Below the pieces are notes generated by a model. The model did no database searches and was not told where the DNA came from. It worked only from the letters and a program-made list of their open reading frames with translations. The position numbers and the translations under genes were made by a program. A stretch of 64,000 nucleotides of DNA from Macrostomum lignano (lineage: Eukaryota), in the NCBI GenBank assembly GCA_002269645.1, contig NIVC01001925.1, forward strand, positions 157,225-221,224, written 5' to 3'. Position 1 is the stretch's first letter, and each line of letters opens with the position of its first letter. Positions 32,701 to 43,303 of this stretch are shown here, piece after piece.

Positions 32701-35700
32701 CAGCGAGAAAGCCTCCTCATCTGCCTCCTCCGCCTGCAGCTCTTGGACGGTCGAGTCGACGCGACGATTAGAAGCTCGCTGCGGCCCCGCCGATCTCTCG
32801 TCCCGCTGAGCAGGCGGCGCTGCCTTGCACGCAGCAGCGATGTGACCGGTTTTCGAGCATGCGTAGCACTTACTATTGATGAACGGGCACTTTGCAGCCA
32901 GGTGGCGCTGGGACAGGCATCGATAGCAACGCTTCGCTGGCGGCCCGCTGGCCGCCTCCCGCCGGGCAGAATGGTGAAGAGCGTGCACCATGTCAGAGCC
33001 GGCACCTTTAGCCACCAGCAGGTTGCCTTGAGCGGCCGACTCGTGGGCCTGCGCCAGCGACAGCGCCGTGTCCAGTGAGAGCTCCTTCTCTGTGAAGAGC
33101 CTCCGCTGAATGGAATCATCACTGATCCCCAGGACCAGTCGGTCCCTGAGCATGCTGCTGAGGCCAACGCCGAAATTGCAGTCCCGAGCTAGCTTACGCA
33201 GCTCAGCCAGGAACTCTGCCACCGACTCGCCTGCCTGACGGCTTCTGCTGTAGAACCTGAATCGCCGTACAATCTCTGGTGGGGTTGGATCAAAATGCTC
33301 CTTTAGCTTAGCACAGATGGCGTCGTAGGTCGTGTCCTTCGGCAGAGCCGGTGACAGCAGGTTTGATATCAGCTGGTAGGTGTCCCTGCCACAGATGCTC
33401 AGCAGCACGGCTCGTCTCTTTTCATTGCTGATTTCATTTGCTGTGAAAAACTGTTCTAAGCGCTCCTGGTACTGCTGCCAGGTCTCAGTGCCCTCTTCAA
33501 AGGGTCCTATTGAGCCTATAAGACTCATTCCTCGTCGCCACTTTAGCAGAGTCAACTATTGCAATATTTGGCGGACGATAACAAAAACACGAGGGCTCAA
33601 AAGCCAGAATCAGTCGATATATATATTTTAATATTAGGCATGCACAACGTATGTGCGTACATTACAATCGATAAATCAAAAGACAACTTGAGCGTGCCCC
33701 CAACCCCCCCCAGCGCAGGCCAACCCCAAAACCGCAAATGCAAACTCTCAATATCAAGTCATCACAGCACCACAATAACCAACCTAATAAAACATCATCC
33801 CAACGTGACTCCGATCCCCAATTCACCGCCAATATCAGCTGGAGCGAATCCGAATTCGACACGACGGCTCGAACCCCAACGCCGGCTGGTTCCTGGACTG
33901 GGTGCGCATCGCAGTGCCATCGCAGGGCAAGCAGTACAACTTTGCGGCGCACCGCTGGCTCGACACCAACGAAGCGGACAGGAAGCTTGAGGTGGATATT
34001 GACCTTAGCGAAGTCACGGACATTGAGCACAGTGAGTTGAACACATAACGGATCGTTGCAGTGGACTGCTAGAACGATACCAAGACAGATTAGGGACCGA
34101 GTAGTGGTGAGGGTTCGATTCCGAATGCACATAAATTTGGGGTGTTCGTAACGGAAATTGTCGACCATAGGGTTTGTCTCGTGATTACACCCATGAGAGC
34201 CAACCATCAAGCATGACTACTTGCCTCCTGGCCTTAGTTCCGAGGCTGTCCCTTTTCAAATGGAAATTATAAGCACTCACTGCAACCATCCGCCGCTCCG
34301 CTCCCTCGTACAGCGATTCCCTACGAGATCATCGTCCAGACTGGCAACTGCCAGGGCGCCGGCACGGACGCCAACGTGTTCGTGCAGATCTACGGCGAAG
34401 ATGGCCTTAAAACTGAGCAGACTCCGCTGCGCTCGCGGTCCGACACCTTCGAGAAGGGCAAGCTGGAAAAGTTCAAGCTCGACCTGCTCGACGTCGGTCC
34501 AATTCAGAAACTTCGCATTGGCCACGACGGCACCGGCTTCGGCGATGGCTGGTTCCTTGATCACGTGATCATCCGGCGCCACGCCATGAAGGGCTCGAAG
34601 CGGCTCCGGGCGAGCCTCGCCAATGCTGGCCGACGCCGCAAGTCGAAACAGGCGCCGGGCTACGACAGACGCGCAGAGGATGACGGCGATGAAGACGCTG
34701 ATTACGGCGACTTCCAGTCGCGTCGGGCCTCGTCCGCCTCTGGACCGTCCTCCCGTCAGCGGCCGCGCTCCGCCGCCGGTCGAGGCAGCCTCAGAGCTGG
34801 CGGTCGCGGTGGCAAGAGGGACAAGAGAGTCGACGACTATGACGATGAAGACGACTTTAATGACGGCTATGATGACGACAGGTGGTCCGACGATCGCAGT
34901 CGCAAAGGTCGTCGAGGCACCACGGCGTCCTCATCGCGGTCTCCCAGCGCTGCAGGCAGCACGCGCCATCGCCAGTCGGTTCGCTCTGCAGCTGGCGGCT
35001 CAAGCCGTCGCGGCAGTCGCTACGCTAGCGACGACGACGATGAAAACTACGACGAAGAATTCGATGACAGCGCGGACAACTTTGACGATCGTCGATCCGT
35101 GCAGTCGCGTCGAGCTAGCTCGGCAGCCGCCTCGCGTCGACGATCCTCGGTGAGGTCCCCGTCAGTTTCTGGCCCCCGTCGCGGCGGTGGCAAAAACAAC
35201 TACGACATCGACGAGGATGACCAAGACGATGCGGATAACTTCGACGCCAGGACGCGAGTAGACGGCGGCGAGGACGATGGCGAGGAGGAGGTGGTGGAGG
35301 AGTACTGGTTCTACTGCAACCGCTGGCTCGCTCGGGACGAAGACGACAAGCTCATCGTGCGCGAACTGCTGCCGACCACCAAGGACGGCAAGCCTCTGTC
35401 GCGGCTCAGCGAGCTGGTTTACGAAGTCCGCGTGCAGACAGGCGACAAGCTGGGCGCCGGCACAGACGCAAACGTCTTCCTGACGCTCTTTGGCTCGGAG
35501 GCAGACTCAGGCGAGCGCGAGCTCAGCTCCAGCGAGACCCATAGGAACAAATTCGAGCGCAAAAATGAGGACATCTTCAAGCTGAAAGCTGTCGATCTTG
35601 GCGAGCTGCGCAAAGTGAAGATTCGTCACGACGACAAGGGTGGCGGCGCGGACTGGTATCTGGACCACGTGATCGTATTAGACCCCAAGGCCAAGCGGGA

Positions 35701-38700
35701 GGTGTACTTCCCCTGCCACCAGTGGCTGTCCACATCGAGGGATGGAGGTCACATCTCGCGCGACCTGCTGGCGGTGGACAAGTCGCACATGGGCAAAGAC
35801 GTGCACGAGAAGCTGAAACTGGAGAAGAAAGGTGAGCAACTGCTTTTAACCTCGAACTGTACTTTGGTTTCAATTCATCTTCACTAAATATTTTTTGACT
35901 ATTGAAAACCTACAGGATTATTCACGTCACAGGTTTCGATCTGCTTTTTCTGCCTTTGAAACTCTTTAATAAATATTTTCCTAATCCTTTTCAGTCAATT
36001 GCAAAAAGGATTATAGATCATTAAATTTGTAACGCTTCTATATTTTCAGACACGACTGAAGCAGGTGAATTGTTGATGAGTGCTTGATGACTAAAAAGGA
36101 TTGATAAATAGATAGAAGCCCACCTAGTTTAAGCAAGAGAATCTTCGCACTTTAATAGTCCTGAACGTCATTAATTTTTGTTAAATCGCTCCCCAGCGGA
36201 GAGCCAACCGGGTCGATAAGTCAGCCAGAATATTCGCACGCTGTTCGCACTGTTGATTTCGGCAGAATTGCTGCACAGTTTTGTAAACATATTTTCCAAT
36301 CCGAACGTTTAGCTGTGCTACTTATCGGCATGAAAGTCATTGGAAATTCCTGCATGTAAAACTCCTACGTTTGTACGGAACAACCTTCTAATACGCTCTT
36401 GAGTTTGCTTGTCATTGATATCGGAGTACTTTAATTTAGCTACTTGTATTTAACTAAAATTTAGTAGACTAAGCAAAAACCAAAGGTGAGATCAAAGGCA
36501 AAGTCTTCAGGTTCCAGTATGAACCGGACAATTTCATTTTTACTTTTGACATTTGGCATCTGTTTGGCAGACTTTCCTAGCTGTAGTTCTTGGGGTCTAG
36601 GGGCAGTAAGTAACGGGGTTCGATTCCGTGCATAGCCACATCGATTCGTGCTCGTGCATGCGCACAAAAATTGGCTATTGAGAGCAGCCTTCAAGAGACA
36701 GAGCGTACGAGAGGCATGCGATCAAGAAATTCAGGGCCGCTGTACACCCTGTGTGTGCTCAAGAGTCAGCGGAATGGACATGACATGCCACCTTGATTAG
36801 CGACAACGCCCAAAGCCCCCTGCGAGCTAACGAAAGAAAGCCAGTGGCATTTAACTGGGATTAGTTTGACAATCTTGGACTGCGACATTCTGTATCTAAG
36901 GATTCTTTGCTCTCACTATGCCGCCGCTCAGAAGTATCTTTATAATTTATCACCCGATTACCACCGCAGCCGCGTCCGAAACCTACCACGTGAAAATTTA
37001 CACTGGCGATGTTTATGGAGCCGGCACTGATGCCAACTGCCACATCGTTCTGTTCGGCGACTCGGGCGACTCAGGCGTGGTGCCGCTGCAGCGGAGTAAG
37101 ACCTATTCGGACAAATTCGAGCGAGGCCACTGCGACGAGTTCGAAATCGAACTGGTGGACATCGGCGAACTGAAGAAAATCAAGCTGGGGCACGACAACT
37201 CCAATCCCAGACCAGACTGGTATGTAGAAAAGGTTGAGATCGACTGTCCGAAGTTGGGCACCTCCTGGCTGTTCAATGTCGGCGAGTGGATTGGCAAGAG
37301 CAAAGGCGACGGCCAGTTGGAGAAGACGCTCTACCCGCAGCAGGGCGCCACCAGGATTTACGCCAACCGTGAGTCCAAGAGTGCATAGAAGCGGACTGGC
37401 CTCAGTGCCTCAGTGTAGCGCAATCTGAAATGGTCTTGGTCTCAGCTCTCACGGTTCGCAACTGTATTTCTACCGTAATTCAGAGCTGCTGCTACCGTAC
37501 CATATCAGTTACGGGGGTTGGACAAGTATCCCCTCTAGGGTGTGATTCCGCGTCCGTCCGCCTCAACGTTTATTTCGTAGAAGTTAGGGCCACTGTACAC
37601 ACTGTGTGAGCGCGTTTCGAACTCTCAATGGAGTCAAACTAATCCAGCCTATATATAGGTTGTGCTCAACTATGCTTTGGTAAAGACTAAAGGCTTTGAT
37701 AAGTCACTGGAGACAGTGACGTACGAGGTCAGAGATTCAATAAAATAACCCTACCCATCAATCAACAACAGGTGTGCCATACGAGATCACGACCTACACG
37801 TCGGACAAGAGCAGCGCCGGCACCAGCGCCAATGTGTTCATCCAGATCTACGGCAGGGAGACTCAGACGGAGCAGAAGCTGCTCTGTTCCAAGACCGATC
37901 GGTCGGGAAAATTCAAACGAGGCAGCGTAGACAAATTTGTGCTGGAGGTGAGCGCCGGGGATTGACCGCTCTGGCTGGACTTTTTAAGGGATTTTTTATT
38001 TTATTTTATTTGCCATAGAAAAGGGATCAGGCTCAATCAGATTTGTAGCTTCGGTTTGTAGCTGCAACTGGGAAAATCCTGTCGATCGGCTAGGAAACAT
38101 GACTTAATAGATAGTGTGTATAACAGGTAACAACCTGTCTAAAATGTAGTACTTTGTCCAACAAGTAACACCTAACATGTATCTAGCAGTCTCTTTTCTC
38201 ATCTATCAGGTGACGCACCTCTAGCACCGAAGATCCTGTCTAAGAAGCAGTCATCTGTCTAACACCTTTCTATTTGGGCTCAAAAAGTTTATTTATGGCA
38301 ATTATATTCATATCATAGTTCACGCACCGCCCGATTGTTCCCAATTTTTCCTATCCAGCTTGAAGACGTGGACGACCCGATTGAAAAGATTCGCATCGGC
38401 CACGACGACGAGGGCCTTCGATCTGGCTGGCACCTGGACAAGGTGGAGATAAGAAAGTTCATCGAGGGCAAGGTAGGTACAAGTAGTTTTTTTAAGCAAA
38501 GCTATTTATCTCTATAGAAATGTATTTTTAGCACTGTAGGTGGTCGAAGTTCCAACCCTGCATTTCTACAACAGCGACCCTATCACAACAAAGTTAAATT
38601 GAGCTCTAGCTTGAGAGGGATGACGATGACTCTGGTTGACTTGCAGACACTGAGCTAACAACTGGCGCTATTGTACCTCATCTGGTACTTCTGGTACAAC

Positions 38701-41700
38701 GCAATAGAACAGCTAAAAAAAAGCAGTTACACAATCGCATCAACTACGCCTCCTTAATATCCCTGGCAGACCTCGGTTACCTACGTGTTCCCATGCGGCC
38801 ACTGGCTCGCCCGGGACGAAGAGGACCACGAGATCGTGCGCGAACTCGTGCCCAGCAAAGTGATTGAAGAAGACGACCGAATCGGCGGCAAAGGCAAGCG
38901 CCGTGAAAAAGATATGAAAGGCTCGCTGAAGAAGAAGACCTACAAGGTTCACGTGTTCACCGGGGACAAGAGCGGCGCCGGGACCAACGCTGACGTTTTC
39001 CTGACGGTCTTTGGCGAGAAAGGCGATACTGGCGAGCGCGAGCTCATCAACTCGGAGACGTACACGGACAAGTTTGAGAAGGGCCACGAGGACATCTTCA
39101 CCTGGGAAGCTGTTGACCTGGGCAAGCTTTACAAGATCAAAATCAGGCACAACGACAAGGGCTTCTTCTCCGACTGGTTCCTCGACCATGTCGAAGTGCA
39201 CGACACCGCGACGGGCGAGAAAACGTCGTTCTTTGCCGAGCGCTGGCTGTCCAAGAAGAAGGAGGACAAGAAGCTGCAGGTGACGGTCTATGCCCAGGGC
39301 TACGAGGGTGACATGGCCTCGTCCGCTTCCAGCATGCGCAGCCTGGGCTCCAATCTCAGTGGTGTTGAGCGGGACAAGAGTCCTCGTGGCAGCTTGAGAA
39401 GAGCCTCGTCAACGTTGGAAAAAATTGCCGAGGGGCCGAGTGAGTTCTGAGCTTTTATACACAATAGTTATTTGAATTACACGGAGAGCAATCTCTATGA
39501 CAGACAGAGTAATTCGCATGACAGGTGACTAATAATCTCGTCGAGATCTAATCTGACCTTCCCAATGTAACCCCGCCCCTCAGCCGGTGACTACAACATC
39601 ACGTTCACCACTGGCCGAGCGAAGGGCGGCACCGCCACGGAGGGTCCAATCTGGGTGCGACTGTACGGCTACCAGCCGCCGACGAAGGAGTCCAGCATCG
39701 GCCGGCGACAGTCCTTGTCGGCGGCATCTTCGTCATCTTCAAGGCGTCAAAAACGCGGCGAGGAGGTGAATACGGGCCAGGTGGACTTGCCGCTGGAAGG
39801 CACGGATAAGGCTCTGCTGCCAGGCAGCACTGTGCAGTTCTCATTCGAAGCACTGAAGCTCGAGGAGGTCACCCGGCTGGAGATCGGCAACGAGGGCATC
39901 GTGTCCGGCAAGGGCTGGTACCTGGAAGAGTTCCGCCTGGAGCTGCCGGTGCAGGGCAAGCTCTACACACAGAAGTGCAAGTGCTGGTTCGCCAAAGACA
40001 AAGAGGATAGCAAAACGGTTCGAATGTTCGAATTTTCTAAGGACGATGGCGACTCTATCGTCTCGTTCAAGCCGAGTGAGTTCGAGTTTTAAATAGGGCT
40101 TTAGATTATTAGATTAGGGTCATTGCTAATTAGTCAAAGAACACCTGGATTTAATTATTTGATCATCAGTCATAGAAAATGTGCATTTAGGTCCTTTATC
40201 ATCTTATTTTTGCTTTCCTTCAACCATTCAGAGGTGCCCTACGAAGTCCAGGTGGAGACGGCCAATGAAAAGGACGCTGGCACGGACTGTCGCGTGATGC
40301 TCACAGTCTATGGCCAGCAGGGCCACTCTGAACCGGTCTACTTGGACAAGGAAGAGACTCGGTTTGAACGCGGTCGCCGAGATCTAATCAAGGTGAGCTG
40401 GTTCATAACTAAGATCAAACTGCACCTGAGCTAATTAAGCTCTGGCATGAATAAATGAAGCTATTTGAAAATTATAAACTTATAATCATCTACACAGCGT
40501 TCCTGAAATGCATACAATAATTAACTCTAACAGGTTTACATTGAGGACGTCGGCCAGGTGCACAAGATCCGCCTTGGACACGACGGCAAGGGCCACCGCA
40601 AGAAGTGGCTGGTCGACCGGGTGACCCTCACCAACACGGACACAGCCGAGTTGTACACGTTCGAGTGCGGCCAGTGTATCGGTAAGGATGGCAAGAACTA
40701 CGTCGATCTGGAGGCTCGAGTCAACAACAAGTCGGTGTTGTCGAAAGTCAAATACCGCGTGACCGTCAAGACGTCTGAAGATCGCGGAGCGGGCACTGAC
40801 GCCAAGGTGTTCGTCCGGCTGTTTGGTGAACTCGGTGACAGTGGAGAGCTGCGCTTGAAGAAGGCCGTCAGCGAGAATCGTCGGCCGTTCCAGGCTGGTC
40901 AGAAGGACGAATTTGAGTTTGAGCTGCTCGACCTCGGCGGGCTTTTCCGCTGTGTCGTGTGGCACGACGACACAGGTCTGGGCTCCGATTGGAAGCTGGA
41001 CTCCATCACCGTGGAGGATGTGCGCAAGAAGCGCTCCTACGAGTTCCCGTGTGGAAAGTGGCTGTCGTTGAGCAAGGACGACCGGGTAATCAAGCGCGAC
41101 CTTGTCTGCGACGTGCCGGAAGGTGAGCGACGCGAGGAGTCTGGCCGCAAGGTGACGTACGAAATCGCGGTGACCACCAGCGACAAGGCTGAGGCCGGCA
41201 TGTCGCACAACGCCTGGATCATGCTAGACGGTGACACCGACTCGATGAACCGTGAGTTTCTGATGGAGAACAGCCGCGACCGGCGGGTCTTCCAGCGGGG
41301 CGACACCGACACTTTCAAGCTGAAGACGCGGAACCTGGGCCGCCTGCGCACGCTTCACATTGGCGCCGTCGAGCAGGAGGGCCGCTCCGTGCGCCAGGAG
41401 GCCGGCAAGAAGGCCAGATGGCACGTATTCCAGGTGCTGGTGACGGATACGGCCAAGGGCACCGAGTATCGCTTCCCGGTGAACTCCTGGATACCAATCA
41501 AACCGAAGCTGCGCCGAGACGACGGGCTCGAGGTGGAGGCGGAAGACTTCAAAGAGACCGGGACGAAAGGTCGCTTGGCCAAGCAGAGAGGTGAGCCAAA
41601 GCCACGAATGTTCACATAGAATTTTAGTGCTCAAAATTCTTTTTGAATGGCGCATATCAACAGCTCGCTGTTTGAATTCGTTGGCTTTCCATCCCTTGTC

Positions 41701-43303
41701 CGCCTCTTGTTTTAGTGTCATTTCAAATCAGTGCCGAAGTAGGTAAATTGACGCACGAGGTTTTCCAGCGGGACAATGTGATACTATTTTACTTGCGCCC
41801 CGCTAGTCCACGGTACCCGCATACCGGTAGCAACCAGATGGATTCGTTACTTTTAGTTGCAAAAACAGCAAACCGTAAAAAATTTAATTAGGACACTACA
41901 CTCAATTTTATTAGAAATGAGATTCATTTACCGGCCTCCAGCAGAATCTCGAAAAAAAAGTTTTTTTGACTTGGTTAAGGCCTAAAAAATGCGTAACTTT
42001 TTATCCAACGAAATTTGTAACAGCAATGTAACAAAAACGTGCGGGAATAACAAACAGCGCATATTTGAAAACTCTTCGGGTCGCTCTTAAAAGTCTCTTT
42101 CTTATGCAAGCAGAAGTTGCATTTGTGAGGTCGTAAATTTGCGACGCTTCAGAGACACGTCAGAGTACTTTACGGAGTACGATCGATGGACTTGTAGTAT
42201 TTTTCCTAGTTAGTGACTGACGTGCGCATTCCCTCCTGATGCACTCAGACAGAGTATTTGCTCAAATTTTGTGTAAAAAGGTTCATTTTGTTTTGATACC
42301 CAGAAGCTCCAATCTACATGTGTGTTTTCAACATACTCGTACGCTTCTCGCTTCCCCAAACATTCCGCAGAGCTCAATGTAATCAAGTATGAAGTTGAAG
42401 TTGAAACTGGCGACGAATTCGGATCCGGCACAAACGCCGATGTGTCTTTAAACATTTTTGGCGAATTCGGCGAACTGGGCGTCACACCGCTGAAGATGAA
42501 AGGCCGAGATCTGTTCGAGCGCAACCAGGTGGACAAGTTTACGATTGAAAGCCGCGACTTGGGTAAGCTTTGAGGCGTCGAACCTCTGCCTCACCTGAAA
42601 TCCCTCACGGCCTTACCTGACATCTCTCACAGCCTTACCTGACATCCCTCACAGCCTTACGTGACATCCCTCACAGCCTTACCTGACATCCCTCAGTCTC
42701 AACTGACATCCCTTATAGTCTCACTTGACATCCCTCACAGCCTCACCTGACATCCCTCCCAGCCTCACCTGACATCCCTCTCAGCCTCACCTGACATCCC
42801 TCCCAGCCTCACCTGACATCCCTCACAGTCTCACCTGACATCCCCACAGTCTCATCTGACATCCCTCCCAGCCTCACCTGACATCCCCACAGTCTCACCT
42901 GACATGCCAAATCTAGCGTCCATCACAGCCTCATCTAAAGCCCTTTTCAGCATCACTTGACATCCTTCTGAACATTATGAACTTCAGTTGACATCTCTCA
43001 TCTCACAGTCTTGTGGTTGTGACTCCCACATGTACATGCCTGACGATCTTCTGTCACAAAATTTAAATGTATACGTGTACTAGTCTTATACCCCTTATCG
43101 CTAACCTCAATTCTCCAGGTGAGCTCAAGAAGATCCGCATCGAGCACAATGACTCCGGCTTTCGGTCGGACTGGCTGCTAGCCAAGGTGACAGTGAAGGA
43201 CTCGAGCAGCGGTAAAGTTTGGGTCTTCAACTGCAACCAGTGGCTGTCAAAGAAGAAAGGCGACAAGCAGATATTCAAGGAGCTGTATCCGACTCAGGGC
43301 TGA
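17756..43303 (+). CDS. LOXHD1: Lipoxygenase homology domain-containing protein 1 ortholog, 17 PLAT repeats, at least about 2,690 aa, 22 coding exons; start codon uncertain (ORF open from 17417)
   Basis: Exons ...17876, 18675-18897, 19410-19659, 20051-20758, 21051-21563, 22437-22563, 24324-24716, 25223-25377, 27200-27360, 27516-27586, 28480-28673, 33839-34031, 34314-35831, 36970-37368, 37772-37947, 38359-38472, 38770-39439, 39584-40075, 40232-40392, 40534-41590, 42371-42562, 43119-43303. All joins are GT-AG and in frame. PLAT signature Y.V...TG...GAGTDANV...G...HD..G...GW.LD.V...C..WL repeated 17 times, in an order colinear with vertebrate LOXHD1 (e.g. LSPV...YCPMTGIEQTF; VPSQGKQYNF; FLMENSRDRRVF). 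Confidence 0.93.
19240..19335 (+). mobile_element. Degenerate SINE core fragment related to the 14062-14415 element
   Basis: GCTGTACACCATGTGCTAGTGTGCC and TCAGGGGTCAGCAGAACGGGCA align with GCTGTACACTCCTGTGTGAGTGTGTGCC and TCAGGGGAGTCGGCGGAATGGGCA. Confidence 0.55.
21854..22298 (+). mobile_element. hAT/Charlie-like non-autonomous remnant with internal (CTCTC)n expansion
   Basis: Starts CAGGGGTCGGCAAACTCCGGCCCGCGG..CACATGCGGCCC, a typical hAT MITE 5' end. Degenerate right end GGCCCGCGG...TGTCTGACCCTTG; no TSD found. Confidence 0.55.
22035..22182. repeat. (CTCTC)n pure pyrimidine microsatellite, LOXHD1 intron 5
   Basis: Direct inspection. Confidence 0.97.
23011..24048 (-). mobile_element. Internally deleted mariner-family element with about 184-bp inverted repeats (23025-23208 / 23865-24048)
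   Basis: Left end GAGGGGTGTCCCAAAAGTTCC is mariner-like. Minus-strand remnants encode the N-terminal HTH (KISDHLFSIHGENSLKKTAIYEWIERFRDG) and C-terminus (AIDGMLSKWQRCIQLNGDYVEK); catalytic core missing. Confidence 0.88.
24850..25165. repeat. 14-bp minisatellite (ATAAATCGGCCTTC), LOXHD1 intron 7
   Basis: About 20 degenerate tandem units. Confidence 0.93.
25418..26048. repeat. 24-25-bp minisatellite (GTTGGCGCCGATTCCATTAGCTACA), LOXHD1 intron 8, 5' part
   Basis: About 26 tandem units. Confidence 0.96.
26377..27125. repeat. 22-24-bp minisatellite (CCTGACACCTGAGAATCGCCCTC), LOXHD1 intron 8, 3' part
   Basis: About 32 tandem units. Confidence 0.96.
27652..28390. repeat. 21-bp minisatellite (TCTCTGAGCACAACAATAGAA / ..AACCCCAGAA), LOXHD1 intron 10
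   Basis: About 35 units; the length is a multiple of 3, which explains the spurious long ORFs. Confidence 0.97.
28775..29225. repeat. 24-bp minisatellite (CAGCACCAAAGCCACGTCACCACT), LOXHD1 intron 11
   Basis: About 18 units directly upstream of the LTR element. Confidence 0.96.
29591..32250 (-). CDS. Retrotransposon pol: reverse transcriptase (FVDD), RNase H, integrase (HHCC, DDE); open from about 32250, no own ATG
   Basis: KLDLSQAYSQL, YTRLPFGVAPAVGIFQ, CFVDDLLV, CDASPYGIGAV, HQGHQG...CTEC, SDNGP, SNGQAERAV. Confidence 0.95.
32236..33528 (-). CDS. Retrotransposon gag (two CCHC knuckles) plus aspartic protease
   Basis: ATG 33528 immediately after the PBS; CYRCLSQRHLAAKC, CYACSKTGHIAAAC; protease EVDTGAS. 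Confidence 0.95.
   Translation of the reverse strand: MSLIGSIGPFEEGTETWQQYQERLEQFFTANEISNEKRRAVLLSICGRDTYQLISNLLSPALPKDTTYDAICAKLKEHFDPTPPEIVRRFRFYSRSRQAGESVAEFLAELRKLARDCNFGVGLSSMLRDRLVLGISDDSIQRRLFTEKELSLDTALSLAQAHESAAQGNLLVAKGAGSDMVHALHHSARREAASGPPAKRCYRCLSQRHLAAKCPFINSKCYACSKTGHIAAACKAAPPAQRDERSAGPQRASNRRVDSTVQELQAEEADEEAFSLHVMAAAVGGKIPPIKTTIDIDGTPVCMEVDTGASVSLISAKTYNEVLRGRPRLERVNTQLRTYSGELVPVLGQLRVRAQTEIASKVLPLLVIDGAGSNLVGRDWLAELPLDWRDIKQVQQHPSGQPGLKSLLDKYAEVFEPGLGRYSGPRFGCS
34045..34210 (+). mobile_element. Degenerate tRNA-derived SINE fragment, LOXHD1 intron 12
   Basis: B-box GGTTCGATTCC (34112-34122) followed by GCACATAAATTTGGGG, similar to GCCACATTAATTTGGGG of the 14062-14415 SINE. 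Confidence 0.55.
36560..36840 (+). mobile_element. tRNA-derived SINE relative, LOXHD1 intron 13
   Basis: B-box GGTTCGATTCC (36617-36627), AGCCACAT, CAGCCTT, core AGGGCCGCTGTACACCCTGTGTG and GAGTCAGCGGAATGGACA in the same order as in the POLR3C SINE. Confidence 0.7.
37395..37660 (+). mobile_element. tRNA-derived SINE relative, LOXHD1 intron 14
   Basis: Degenerate A/B boxes (TGGCCTCAGTG; GGTTCGCAA) and core AGTTAGGGCCACTGTACACACTGTGTGAG (37582-37610), nearly identical to the POLR3C SINE core. Confidence 0.65.
42585..42905. repeat. 21-22-bp minisatellite (TCACAGCCTCACCTGACATCCC), LOXHD1 intron 21
   Basis: About 15 units. Confidence 0.94.

Larger units (their letters stand above)
29240..33766 (-). 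mobile_element. Full-length Ty3/Gypsy LTR retrotransposon (Mag/K02A2.6-like), antisense in LOXHD1 intron 11
   Basis: 225-bp LTRs at 29240-29464 and 33542-33766 differ at one base; TSD GCACC (29235-29239, 33767-33771); PBS TGGCGACGAGGA (33540-33529); purine run GAAGGGA before the 3' LTR; domain order gag-PR-RT-RH-IN. Confidence 0.97.
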
